A stretch of 64,000 bases of DNA from Takakia lepidozioides (lineage: Eukaryota; Plantae; Bryophyta): assembly GCA_030704615.1 (NCBI GenBank), contig CM060733.1, positions 12,648,001 to 12,712,000 of the forward strand, read 5' to 3'. The notes under the pieces were generated by a model. That model was not told the origin of the DNA and did not search any database. It saw only the letters and a list, made by a program, of their open reading frames with translations. Below, in pieces: positions 49,751 to 61,150 of this stretch. Position 1 is the stretch's first letter; the number at the start of each line of letters is the position of its first letter. Made by a program: the position numbers and the translations under genes.

Positions 49751-52700
49751 ATTATGAGGATCATAACTGCTTGACAGCTTACTTGCACGAGGCCTTGACC
49801 CTTAGGCAATCCCCAGAGCAGCAGTAGCTTTTGGGCTGCTTTTTTACTTTGTGTTTTTCATTTTGTCCCATAAGCTCTTTGAGCTTTCCGCAGATGTAAT
49901 AAAGTACCATTTTGTTTCATTTCATTCATTTTCATTTCATTTTGTTTCATGGCATGTCTTTCATCGTTTGTGCATTTCTAATGCATGATTAGTTCTCTTG
50001 TATGGCATTACTAGTCGACTCACTACAAACACCAAAACTCCAAAGCATGAATCACTATGAATGATTGTTCAAGTAATTTTGAGCACTTCATGTAAAGTAG
50101 TAAAGCAGTGGTTGCGCCAACTTCCGCAGTCGCAATTGCCACTTGGGCATGTAGCATTGCAAGTTATGTTTTCTACTACCACGTGGCGCCCCAGGCCCGT
50201 GGCCACATGGCAGCAATGCTGCTCGTTGTGGCGCCGCCACATCGTCGTCCATGTGTCACCGCGCTTCGGTGAGTCGGTCCACTCATCCGGAGGGAAAAGT
50301 CAAAGTCAGCCCAAAAGGTCAGACACACGGGCGGCCCGCCTGGTTACGCCACGTGGTTCTTCAGCATTAATCGCATTAATCGCTGAGCAGTTGTTCGCGC
50401 GTCTGCGTCCTTTACCACTCCAATCATTGGATGTCCAACCCAACTACCACGTCTGTTGTAACTAGTCTGTTGTAACTTCCAGTCGATCCCAGTTTTTTGA
50501 CTTTTACGACTCAAAATGAGTCGCCCCAGTGGTAAATGACACGAATGCTTCTAGTGGGTGTACTCTTTTTGTTGCTTGCGACAAAAGGATGTATCATATT
50601 TCCCAACACTGCTTTGATTTGTATTTTACCATTGTCAGGTTCATTGTTTCATTTTATGCAATTATGATGTTTCTGTGTATTGAATCTCGTTTGTACGCTT
50701 GTTTGGTATAATATTTGGTGCACGCTACTTACAGCCTCCCTCCACCTTTTGCTTTGAACATGCCTTATGACTCATTTGTGCTAGAGGAGACGCACATATT
50801 CATCCACAAATGCCTGCTGAATGCTTCCTCATAACGTTGCAGTCTATACACAAGAAACATTTGACTGGCTTCCTCTTTCCTTGGCCACTGCCATGACTGC
50901 ACCTTCCATCATTCATACATTTATTCCATGAAGTATTCGTGGAAGTGGAATTGAAAACAGTGTCCCAGAGCCCAACAAAACTCTCCATACAATGAAGTTT
51001 GGGACAAACGTCACCAATGTCTCCACTATAATTCCGAAGCAGGAAATGACAGTGTGTTCTGCGACATTGTCTAATATATCTGAGTCGCATGAATTCGCCG
51101 ATGGTTAGTCGGTGGTCACTAAGAATGATCAAGGTCAGAGTGGTTAGAAAGGAGCCAGGTCGTTGCTGCATTCAGATTTGCAACAGGGTGCACACCTCGT
51201 TGTAGATAACAGGTTGCATCTCGGAATTAAGGAAATCCATGCTGAGCTGAGAAGATTGTCTGAGCAGATGAAGTGCCTTCAAAACATTTCACCCTGTTTT
51301 CCGGTCTCATGGAATTCGTGTTTCATGTTGATTTCTGCAAGTTACTGGTTTAGTGAACCTTAGATAGTTTGCAATGCGTGTGCAAAGCCGGCAACTCTGG
51401 AGAAGGCTGCTTGTGCATGTCATTCTTAGGCATTGCTTGGATTTGTTTTTCATTATTGTTCCATGCCACTCCATACTTGGTTTTGTTTTGTTTGCATTGT
51501 TGTTCCACGATTGTTGCGATGGTGGTTGCGATGCTCGTTGTGATGGTGGTTTTCATTCCGATGTTGGTTCTCACAATTTTTGGGGATGACAGAGTGACGA
51601 CGAGTCCGACACGCTGGTGGTATCATTGATAGCTCCAACTGCTCGAGCAGTGACTCCAAAAGCCGCTACTCATCGCATGTTTGGATCGCCCAACTTGGGA
51701 CGGGAGGGCAAACTAAAACCTTTTGTTGGTGGACGGGAGGACCTGCAGCGAGAGTACGACATAATAGGCATTGGGGAGGTTGGTGCAGGCGGCATGGCAG
51801 GTGAAGGGCGTCGGATGAGGACAGTAGATCCGGTAATGGAGGATGTTGATGCACATGCAGTAGGGCCAGCCCACGCAAAGAAGAAGAAGAAAGCCAAGCA
51901 CATGCAATCCCCGGCGAGAGAGCCGTCACGGGCTGCGGAGGGGGCAGTGAGCAGGGCGCGCGAGGGTGTCAGTTCGCCTCACTCAAAGGTGGTCGTCGTG
52001 GAGGCCTCCCCTGCTGCTACCCCTAGTAAGAAACAGAAGGCCCGTGAGAGGGCAAAAAAGAGGGCAAAAGAACATGCGAGACAGAAGGCTAGCCAGGAGG
52101 CAAGAGAAAAGGCCACTGAAGAGGCCAGGGGTGTCGAAATGACAGATGCCCATGTAAGCGAGGGACGCACAGAGACGGTGGATCCCTCCAAGACACCACA
52201 AAGAGGCAGTAACACACCGGTTACACCATCGCGGGCAGGAACAGCCCCCGCAATTACCCATACGGTGGAGACTGGAGGAGGTGAAAGAACACCACAAAGA
52301 ACACGGATTGTGCAAGTTTGAGGTGAAGCTGGGGAGAGGGCAGTAGAGACGGAGAGAGTGCTCCAGGTGCTTCCTCCGAAGGATGACCATGTTGAGGACG
52401 ACGAGAGGGAGCTTTCTGACCAGGATGACATCCTCCCGGACATCCCCAGGCCCCAAACCCGCAGCATACAGGTTGGATTTGGCGGTCCGGGTGGGCTGCC
52501 GGAGAACCCCCCTGCAACAGACGTCATGTCGGAGGCGGATATGAAGTTGGCCGCTGCCAAGATGTTGGAGGCAACCCACAGCAACATTGGCAAGGTCCTG
52601 GGGGGCATGGTGTACCCGGCCAAGCTTCGGATTCCCCTTTGCCACTTGGTTTCATTGCAGGTGGTGAGACCTGCCCTCCCAGACGATCGACAAGCTGAAA

Positions 52701-54343
52701 TTCTCTTTCCGGGAGGGATATCGAATGGGGTCTGCCGCGTTTTATGTTTCTATGGAGAACGACCACGGAGCTTCTCGTGCCCACACTTTCGATGAGGTGG
52801 ACAAATGGAGTCCCCATTGGCAAAGGCGAAATGAGGAGTTCGAGAGATTGATTGCTACTGATCCTCTTTTCCAGCACTTGTCCGGAAAGATGTTTTACGT
52901 GTGGGACCGCAATCATCGCCTCCTGGCATGGATGGAGTACATAGCCCAAGCCCACCCCAACGACCTGGATTGGCATTTCGCCGTGGAGTGTGTTGTGCTC
53001 AAGGTTACGGGGCCCAAAGATCGCAGTCTTCTCAAAGCGGCAATGGCAAACATCAACTTGTAAGTTACAATGCTTCTTGCTTTGGAACTTTGAATTTAAA
53101 ACAGTCATTTCATTGCCAATTGTCATATTTGTTGCAAATTCTCATTTCTGTATTGTTTAATGGAAATGTGGCATTGCAGGGTGACTGAGAATGCCTTCAT
53201 TGCCACCAACTTGTCCCATATGAAGGATGTCGGGAAGCAGGGGGTGCAAGAGTTTGCCAATTCGCTCAGTGCCGACCTCCTGCGCAAGTCGGAGGCAAAG
53301 GCAGACAGAACCTGGTATAAGCTGAGCATGGACGCCATGGTGGACTACATATTTTGGGTAAAGCTCCTCACTGTTTTGTTGAGCTAATCTGTCTCTCCTC
53401 CCCCAATAGAAGAAAAATGCTGAGCATGATCTCTAATTTTATGTGCGCATTCTTGACAGACGAAAATTCAGCAGGATTTGGCACATGCGCGGAAGTTCTA
53501 CATGGAGTCAGAGGAGAAGAAACTAACCCTCCCGGCACTGGAATAGTATCTCAAAACTGCGGAGGCAAAGGCCCGCATCAAGTACAAGTCGCGGATCGTA
53601 AAGTACGTGGCCATAGCTGATCCCGCCCTTGGTGCCGATTTTCTGGTGGAGGTGGGGAAGCACTACTCCCGCGCTCTGAAGCCCACGATGACATTGGAGA
53701 AGCTGCATCGTCTAGCCACATCATGTGTGGATGCAACAGAAAAGGTTATACATTCTTAACCAAATTGTCATGGCAGCAATTCGTTTTTGTGGTGTTTGGC
53801 ACTTACTAATATGCTGGGTGGTTGGACATACCCGGTGGCTCCAAATCTGGAATGGTTCCCAAAGTACAAGGGACATGTGGAGCTTCCCCAAACCCGACAA
53901 ACTGTCTGACCCCACATTCGACATGTGGATGAACCGCATGACATGGTGGTTTCCCACGCTTCATTTGGCGCTTCTACGCTTGTATCCGATGGATTTATTG
54001 TATTTTTTGAGGAAAGCGGTCTGATGGAGAATCTCCACAGGTGACGACGAATGCGCAAGAGCAGCTTGACACACAAGCACATCAGTTCAAGCTAGAGATT
54101 TCTGGTGAAGCAGAGAGCCTACGCGACTATGTGACGAGGTACTTTCTGCTCTACAAAACCGACCTATTCTTTCGAGAGATACCCCATGCCCGCCGGAGCC
54201 ACGAGTTCACCGACCAGCCGAACGCGGACAAAGCGGCAATGCGCCTTCTGTACAGATACATACGCTGTGCCTTTCTTTTTAGTCCCAACATTTCCAGGAT
54301 GTAAGAGGCCTTATGTGGTGCATGAAAATTAGTTGTGGTCCTA

Positions 54344-55330
54344 GGAAAAATGGCGCCGAATTTCCGAATTCGGGCCCTGGGGGATGGCTGTCCAGGGGGT
54401 GGCTGGCACTCAGTCCGGAAATTCGGCGTCATTTTTCCAGTTGCAGGCCTAGTCAGATCTGGGACTTACCCATTCTCGGCCCCAACCTGGGAAAATGGCG
54501 CCGAATTTCCAGTTGAGGGCCACGAAAATGGCTAAGTCCCTGGGGTGGCTGGCACCGAATCCGGAAATTCGGCGCCATTTTTCCAGATCCGGGCAAAGAC
54601 AGCTCTGGGACTTAGCCATTTTCGGGCCCAACCTGGGAAAATGGCGCCGAATATCCAGTGCAGGGCCCCAAAAATGGCTAAGTCCCTACAGTGGCAGGCA
54701 CCGAAACCGGAAATTCGGCGCCATTTTTCCAGTTCCAGGCCCAGTCAGTTCTAGGACTTAGCCATTTTCGGGCCCAAAATTGGAAAATGGCGCCGAATAT
54801 CCAGTGCAGGGCCCCGAAAATGGCTAAGTCCCTACAGTGGCAGGCACCGAAACCGGAAATTCGGCGCCATTTTTCCAGTTCCGGGCCCAGTCAGTTGTGG
54901 GACTTGGCCATTTTCGGGCCCAACCAGGGAAAATGGCGCCGAATTTCCAGTGCACGGCCCCGAAAATGGCTAAGTCCCTTTAGAGGCAGGCACCTCAACT
55001 GGAAATTTGGCGCCATTTTTCCAGTTCCGGGCCCAGTGAGTTCTGGGACTTAGGCATTTTCGGCCCCAACCTGGGAAAATGGCGCCGGTTTTCCAGTGCA
55101 GGGCCCCGAAAATGGCTAAGTCCCTAGTGTGGCAGGCACCGAAACCGGAAATTCGGCGCCATTTTTCCAGTTCCGGGCCCAGTCAGTTGTGCGACTTAGC
55201 CATTTTCGGCCCCAATTTGGGAAAATGGCACCAAATTTCCAGTTGACGGCCCCGAAAATGGCCAAGTCCCTAGGGTGGCTAGCACCGAAACTAGAAATTC
55301 GACGCCATTTTTCCAGTTCCGGGCCTAGTC
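54344..55330. repeat. Intronic tandem array of ~6.8 copies of a 146-bp internally inverted unit
   Basis: TGGCGCC anchors at 54351, 54496, 54642, 54788, 54934, 55080 and 55226 (last one TGGCACC) give a period of 145-146 bp. The array lies within GT-AG intron 54301-55393. Confidence 0.95.
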
Positions 55331-57254
55331 ATTTTCATTCCCTAAAATTTACCTCGTTCCCGGGACCTCATTTTGTGTGTTTCTTGAATTCAGGTACTGC
55401 AAGTTCTCACTTTTGGAGAAAGGACATCTGTCCTTTGAGCCGCCATTCTTCCTCGCATGGAGGAACCCTGGGGCTGACTCCATGTACACTAACGTTATCG
55501 TGATGGAGTGGCATCTGGAACATTTGCGCGATTGCCCTTGGTATGTGGACCTTCCGCCCGGCTCGCTCGACCCATCCGAGTTTCAATTGAAGCTGGATGT
55601 TGAGGCTCGATGAAACCGGGCTCCGCTGCCTCCGCTGGGTCCAAAGGAGGCGAGAGCGCTTGCCCAGTCCAGGAAAGCGGCAGAGCGTGCTCAGGCAGGT
55701 ATTCAAGAGAAATTGAATGAGAAGAATAAAGGACAAAAGAAAAGGACACGGAAACAGGGGAGTACAGTAACCCCCAAAAAACAGAAAACCACCGGGGCAT
55801 CAGAGGAGGCGCAGGAGGGGCCCCAAGGGAGTGACTCCAACGACGACTTTGTGCAAGGTCCTGCGACTGCTGCTGCTGGTACCAAGTCACCGGTCGTCCG
55901 GGTTCCCAAGTCAGTTCAGACTGGGACTAGCTCTGCCAAGAAGTTGGCATTTGAGGGCGAGCCTACACGGCGGTATTCGGCGGTGACGTTTCCGAAGAGG
56001 CCAAAGCTAGAACCCCCAACCATCATCCAATGTGTCAATGAGAGCTTCCTTGACGCTCTGGCTGCCAGGGCGAAGAAGGTGGCACACAGCAAGTCTGTGG
56101 AGGAGCAGAAGGGGAAAGCCAAGAAGAGGGCTCCCAATACAGAGCCTAAAGACACCCCTGGTTTCGAATCCATGATGGAATTCTTCACGGCTGTGAGCAC
56201 GGATTGCAAGAGCACTCGGGGGGGGGGTTGAGGTGGAGAGAGCCTGCGATATGATTCCCTTGATATTCCAGATGGGGAGCTGCTGGAGGGCCTGGATGGT
56301 GTGCCCACCTAGGACAGGTTTACTGAGGATTACTGGAGAGCCAGGTTTGGGCTGGCGGGGATGCTCCTGGATGACGGTGGATGTATGGTGGTCCTTGCCA
56401 CAAGAGGGAAGACCACAGACAATGATGTGGCAAGGTGGACACCGAAAAGTGTCACCCCGGTCCTCCTCAAAAAATGGTTCTGCATCAATACGCAGAGGTT
56501 GCGAACAGAGGGCCAGAGTGTAAGTTATCAATCTATTGCATTCACTTCATATTGTGGTGTATTTGAACTAGACCCTGGAGTTGATCCCTCTTTTGTTGGA
56601 TGTCACTAGAAGAGAAACCGGCTTTTTCCATGGTTTTTTTCACACTTTTTGTTGTGGAATCAGCCACAGTCCACACCTGCCGTGGGTGTAAGGAACGACT
56701 AGTGCTTTCGGACACCCCGTGGACGGCCTGGCTCTCGGGTGGCCCTGTGGAAAAGTCCACGGGTGGCTTTTTCCACGGGAGGCTTTTTCCATGGGTGGGC
56801 TTTTTTCACGGGGTGCATGGTGACATGGCCGCTGACATGGCCGATGGCATAGCTGACATGGCAAAGTGTGAAAAAGGCCAGTGTGGCATGTTTCACGGCG
56901 GATTTCACACCTTGAACAAGCCACTATGCGACACATGTCATATTTCACACCTTCAACAAGTCACTATGCAACACGTGTTCGTTCCTGTGTGGTGGTACAC
57001 ATTAATTAATTATTATTTGCTTTCCAGTATTAAGTTTGAATATTAATGGATTTCATTTATTGTTATTATTATTATTATTATAGGAAAAATGGACAGTGGC
57101 CTGGATGAGAACATTATTAAATAACAAAATATTGAAATTATGTTTTTAGAAATTATATTTATTCGCTCAGATACCAAAACACACCCTTTGCAGGGAAGGA
57201 GAGTTTGTCTTAGTGTCTATGCTGAGTTGCGTCTCCTAATCTCTGTAATCTAAT

Positions 57255-60200
57255 AGACATTAACCTTTTTCCCTCGGTTGTCCCACCCTTCACTGCGGTC
57301 AGAAAAGCATTCATTCCACAGCTTCTCCTCATCTCTGTTACATGTTTCTGGATACTTTCATATTGTCACTTTGGCAGTATCATATCGAAATCACTCCAAA
57401 CTATGTATCATCTACCCATGCACGTTTCTTGTAGCTAAAAGGGAATCATAAGTAATCTGGAGCTTGAAATCTGGCCCTCTTGGATGACACTCTATCCCTG
57501 CTCCTTCAGCTATCCATGCCTCTGCACAAATCATGCATACATCCTTGCATTGTTGTTAGCAGCTGACAATGGCAGCTTAGATTTGTTCCAGCAAACACCC
57601 AACTCAACTTATCACACCAGTTCCTATTCTCAATTGCATCTACCACTCTGTAATCCAAAGGCATTTACCTTCCAAGACAGTTGTCCCAACATTGACTGGG
57701 GTCAGAAAAGTATTCATTCCACAGCTTCTCCTCTCTGTTACCTATTTCTGGATACTTTCCTATTGTCACTTTGGCAGTATCATGTCAAAGTCACTCCAAA
57801 CTATCAAAGGTTCACTCAACCACCTAACTTGCAGAGAATTCTTAAAACATGAAAATTTAGGGCGATGGGTTGAAGAAGGTGCCTTGATTAGCATTGCCTG
57901 ATTTTATCAATTGTGCCGCTACTGCTGCGGCTTCCAGTTGACCATCTACCCATGCAGGTTTCTTGGAGCTATTTTTCCACGGGGAATCACCCCTTCCCGC
58001 ATCATTGCTCATAGGTCTCCAAAGCCTCCATCCGCGCCCTTGCTATGCATATCCTGCAATCATCGCACTCCACGACACCACATCTCGTTCAGCCATACTG
58101 TCAAACACTTCCTTTGCATCCTCGATGCACCCACATTTGGCATACATGCAGTCCACCAGGGCAGTGTTCAGAATGACATTGGGTACAATTCCAGATTTGA
58201 CGATGTCACCATGGGCCTCTTTCCATTTTCCAGAGCTCCCAGGCTTGCACATGCATTACAAACAAATGTGATGTGGTTGGGCTTCACCCCTTCACGTAGC
58301 AGTTGCTCATAGGTCTCCAAAGCATTCCTACCACACCCATGTTAAATCCTGCCAACATTATATTCAACGTGATCAAAGTTCGTTGAGGCATTCTGTTGAA
58401 CACTCGATGTGCATTCATGATGCTCCTGCACTTAACATACATGTTCACAATGGGGTTGAGGAGAAAAACACTTGGTGTGAATCCACTTTGGATAATGTGA
58501 CTGAAATGCTCCTTGGTTTAAAGGTTGTAGAGCCTCTTTCAGTCTGCCTGCCTCACAAAGCATCTTCACATGCCCAGAAGAGCAAGAAGAGGCATTATGG
58601 ACTCCCTCTCTTGATCCTCTTTTAGAAGTTGTGGTATGGTTGAGGTGCCTAATTTAGATCAGGGCTGCCAGGCCTGCAATGCACACAAACATGATGTGGC
58701 CGGGCTGAACCCCTTCCCCCATCATTTGCTCATAGGTCTCCAAAGCCTCCATCCCACGTCCCTGTTGTGCATACCCTGCAAGCATCGCACTCCACGACAC
58801 CACATCTCGTTCAGCCATAGTGTTGAACACTCCCTTTGCATCCCCGATGCACCCACATTTTGCCTACATGTCCACTAGGGTATTGTTCAAAATGACATTT
58901 GGTACAATTCCAGCTCTGAAGGTGTCACCACGGACCTCCTTCCCCTTTTCCAGAGTTGCCAGGGCAGTGTCTCGAATGACATTAGGTACAATTCCAGCTT
59001 TGATGATATCCCCATGCACCTATTTGCCCTTCTCCAGGGCTGCCAGGCCTACAATGCATACAAACATGATGTGGCCGGGCTGAACCCCTTCCCCCATCAT
59101 TTGCTCATAGGTCTCCAAAGCCTCCATCCCACGTCCCTGCTATGCATACCCTGCAAGCATCGCACTCCACGACACCACATCTCGTTCAGCCATAGTGTTG
59201 AACACTCCCTTTGCATCCCCGATGCACCCACATTTTGCCTACATATCCACTAGGGTATTGTTCAAAATGACATTTGGTACAATTCCAGCTCTGAAGGTGT
59301 CACCATGGACCTCCTTCCCCTTTTCCAGAGCTGCTAGGACAGTGTTTCGAATGACATTAGGTACAATTCCAGCTTTGATGATATCCCCATGCACCTCTTT
59401 GCCCTTCTCCAGGGCTGCCAGGCTTGCAATGCATACAAACATGATGTGGCCGGGCTGGACCCCTTCCCCCTTCAGTTGCTCATAGGTCTCCAAAGCCTCC
59501 ATCCCACGTCCCTGCTGTGCATACCCTGTAAGCATCGCACTCCACGACACCACATCTCGTTTAACCATAGTGTTGAACACTCCCTTTGCATCCCCGATGC
59601 ACCCACATTTTGCATACATGTCCACTAGGGTATTGTTTAGAATGACATTTGGTACAATTCTAGCTCTGAAGATGTCACCACGGACCTCCTTCCCTTTTTC
59701 CAGAGCTGCCAGGGCAGTGTATGGAATGACATTAGGTACAATTCCAGCTTTGATGATATCCCCATGCACCTCTTTACCCTTCTCCAGGGCTGCCAGGCCT
59801 ACAATGCATACAAACATGATGTGGCTGGGCTGGACCCCTTCCCCCATCATTTGCTCATAGGTCTCCAAAGCCTCCATCCCACGTCCCTGCTGTGCATACC
59901 CTGTAAGCATCGCACTCCACGACACCACATCTCGTTCAGCCATAGTGTTGAACACTCCCTTTGCATCCCCGATGCACCCACATTTTGCCTACATATCCAC
60001 TAGGGTATTGTTCAAAATGACATTTGGTACAATTCCAGCTCTGAAGGTGTCACCATGGACCTCCTTCCCTTTTTCCAGAGCTGCCAGGGCAGTACAATTC
60101 CAGCTTTGATGATATCCCCATGCACCTCTTTGCCCTTCTCCAGGGCTGCCAGGCTTGCAATGCATACAAACATGATGTGGCCGGGCTGGACCCCTTCCCC

Positions 60201-61150
60201 CATCAGTTGCTCATAGTCTCCAAAGCCTCTATCCCATGTCCCTGCTTTGCATACCCTGCAAGCATCGCACTCCACGACACCACATTTCGTTCAGCCATAG
60301 TGTTGAACACTCCATTTGCATCCTCAATGCACCCACATTTTGCATACATGTCCACTAGGGTATTGTTCAAAATGACATTTGGTACAATTCCAGCTCTGAA
60401 GGTGTCACCATGGAACTGCCAGGGCAGTGTTTCGAATGACATTAGGTACAATTCCAGCTTTGATGATATCCCCATGCACCTCTTTGCCCTTCTCCAGGGC
60501 TGCCAGGCCTGCAATGCATACAAACATAATGTGGCCGGGCTGAACCCCTTCCCCCATCATTTGCTCATAGGTCTCCAAAGCCTCCATCCCACGTCCCTGC
60601 TGTGCATACCCTGCAAGCATCGCACTCCACGACACCACATCTCGTTCAGCCATAGTGTTGAACACTCCCTTTGCATCCCCGATGCACCCACATTTTGCAT
60701 ATATGTCCACTAGGGTATTGTTTAGAATGACATTTGGTACAATTCCAGCTCTGAAGATGTCACCACGGACCTCCTTCCCCTTTTCCAGAGCTGCCAGGGC
60801 AGTGTTTAGAATGACATTAGGTACAATTCCAGCTTTGATGATATCCCCATGCACCTCTTTGCCCTTCTCAAGGGTTGCCAGGCTTGCACAAGCATTGCAA
60901 TGCACACAAACATGATGTGAGAGGGCAAAACAGGTTGAAATAGGTCAAAGAAGAAGATGCCCTCACCACATTGTCCTTGAGGTTGTGTCATGACTTGACC
61001 GACCATCAACCCAAAATGACCTCTTGTGTGTGCTGCTTGTGTTTGTAGTCAGGTAATGTCGGATTGGTCTGTGAGATCGAACCACCACGGTGTAGTTGAG
61101 TAGGCAGAGATTGAAACACGGCCTGCTATGACCAAGCTAACTCTCCCAAG
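57255..61150 (-). pseudogene. Captured chimeric cassette B: PDF motif, expanded PLS-PPR array, two PDF motifs
   Basis: Segment 61150-60920 is homologous in reverse to 44755-44990 (NPTLPDYKHK). PPR motifs span 60910-57985. PDF remnants lie at ~57735-57670, HPRGPDFK at ~57485-57463 and EKLWNECFSDRSEGWDNRGKK at ~57327-57265. Confidence 0.8.
58660..60915 (-). repeat. Six near-identical ~375-bp tandem units, each encoding an S-P-L-partial L PPR block (125 aa)
   Basis: The AAACAT(G/A)ATG anchor occurs at 58687, 59062, 59437, 59812, 60168, 60522 and 60908 (periods 375, 375, 375, 356, 354, 386). Confidence 0.95.

Larger units (their letters stand above)
44131..50556. mobile_element. Non-autonomous Pack-CACTA element 1
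   Basis: A perfect 19-bp TIR pair: CACTAGAAGCATTCGTGTC (44131) and GACACGAATGCTTCTAGTG (ending 50556). TSD GGT at 44128-44130 and 50557-50559. No TnpA/TnpD coding sequence was seen. Confidence 0.92.
43575..51171 (-). pseudogene. Decayed two-exon Cys/His-rich gene with PLATZ-like spacing; its intron contains CACTA-1
   Basis: Exon ~51171-50733 (KCFLCIDCN...GICG*IC...H; donor GTAAG at 50732) splices in phase (T|CA) to acceptor TTTCAG at 43951. The second exon reads RLMLPEY...KLLKTILYRMCEAH...LGMQAHAFSGLVTV...TQCE, then DTVFCN in a shifted frame. In-frame stops are TGA. Confidence 0.4.

Noticed and set aside
44361-50030. Other CACTA pentamers (44361, 50021) as element ends
   Set aside because: No complementary partner or TSD was found, unlike 44131/50556.
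54344-55330. CRISPR array, or coding ORFs (MAPNF.../MAGTE...) in the 146-bp repeats
   Set aside because: There are no unique spacers and no cas genes, and the context is eukaryotic. The array lies in a GT-AG intron whose flanking exons join in frame (AT|G), so the ORFs are repeat by-products.
57255-58660. E/DYW deaminase domain after the PPR arrays
   Set aside because: No HxE(x)nCxxC or DYW-like motif was seen in either cassette. PDF motifs follow instead.
58860-59995. Rescue of the PPR TAG stops by U-to-C RNA editing
   Set aside because: Such editing is organellar and this is nuclear DNA. It would give Gln rather than the conserved Tyr, and frameshifting deletions are also present.
58636-60915. 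Repeated + strand ORFs (MHLFALLQGCQ..., MLNTPFASPMHP...)
   Set aside because: They are antisense shadows of the minus-strand PPR repeats.
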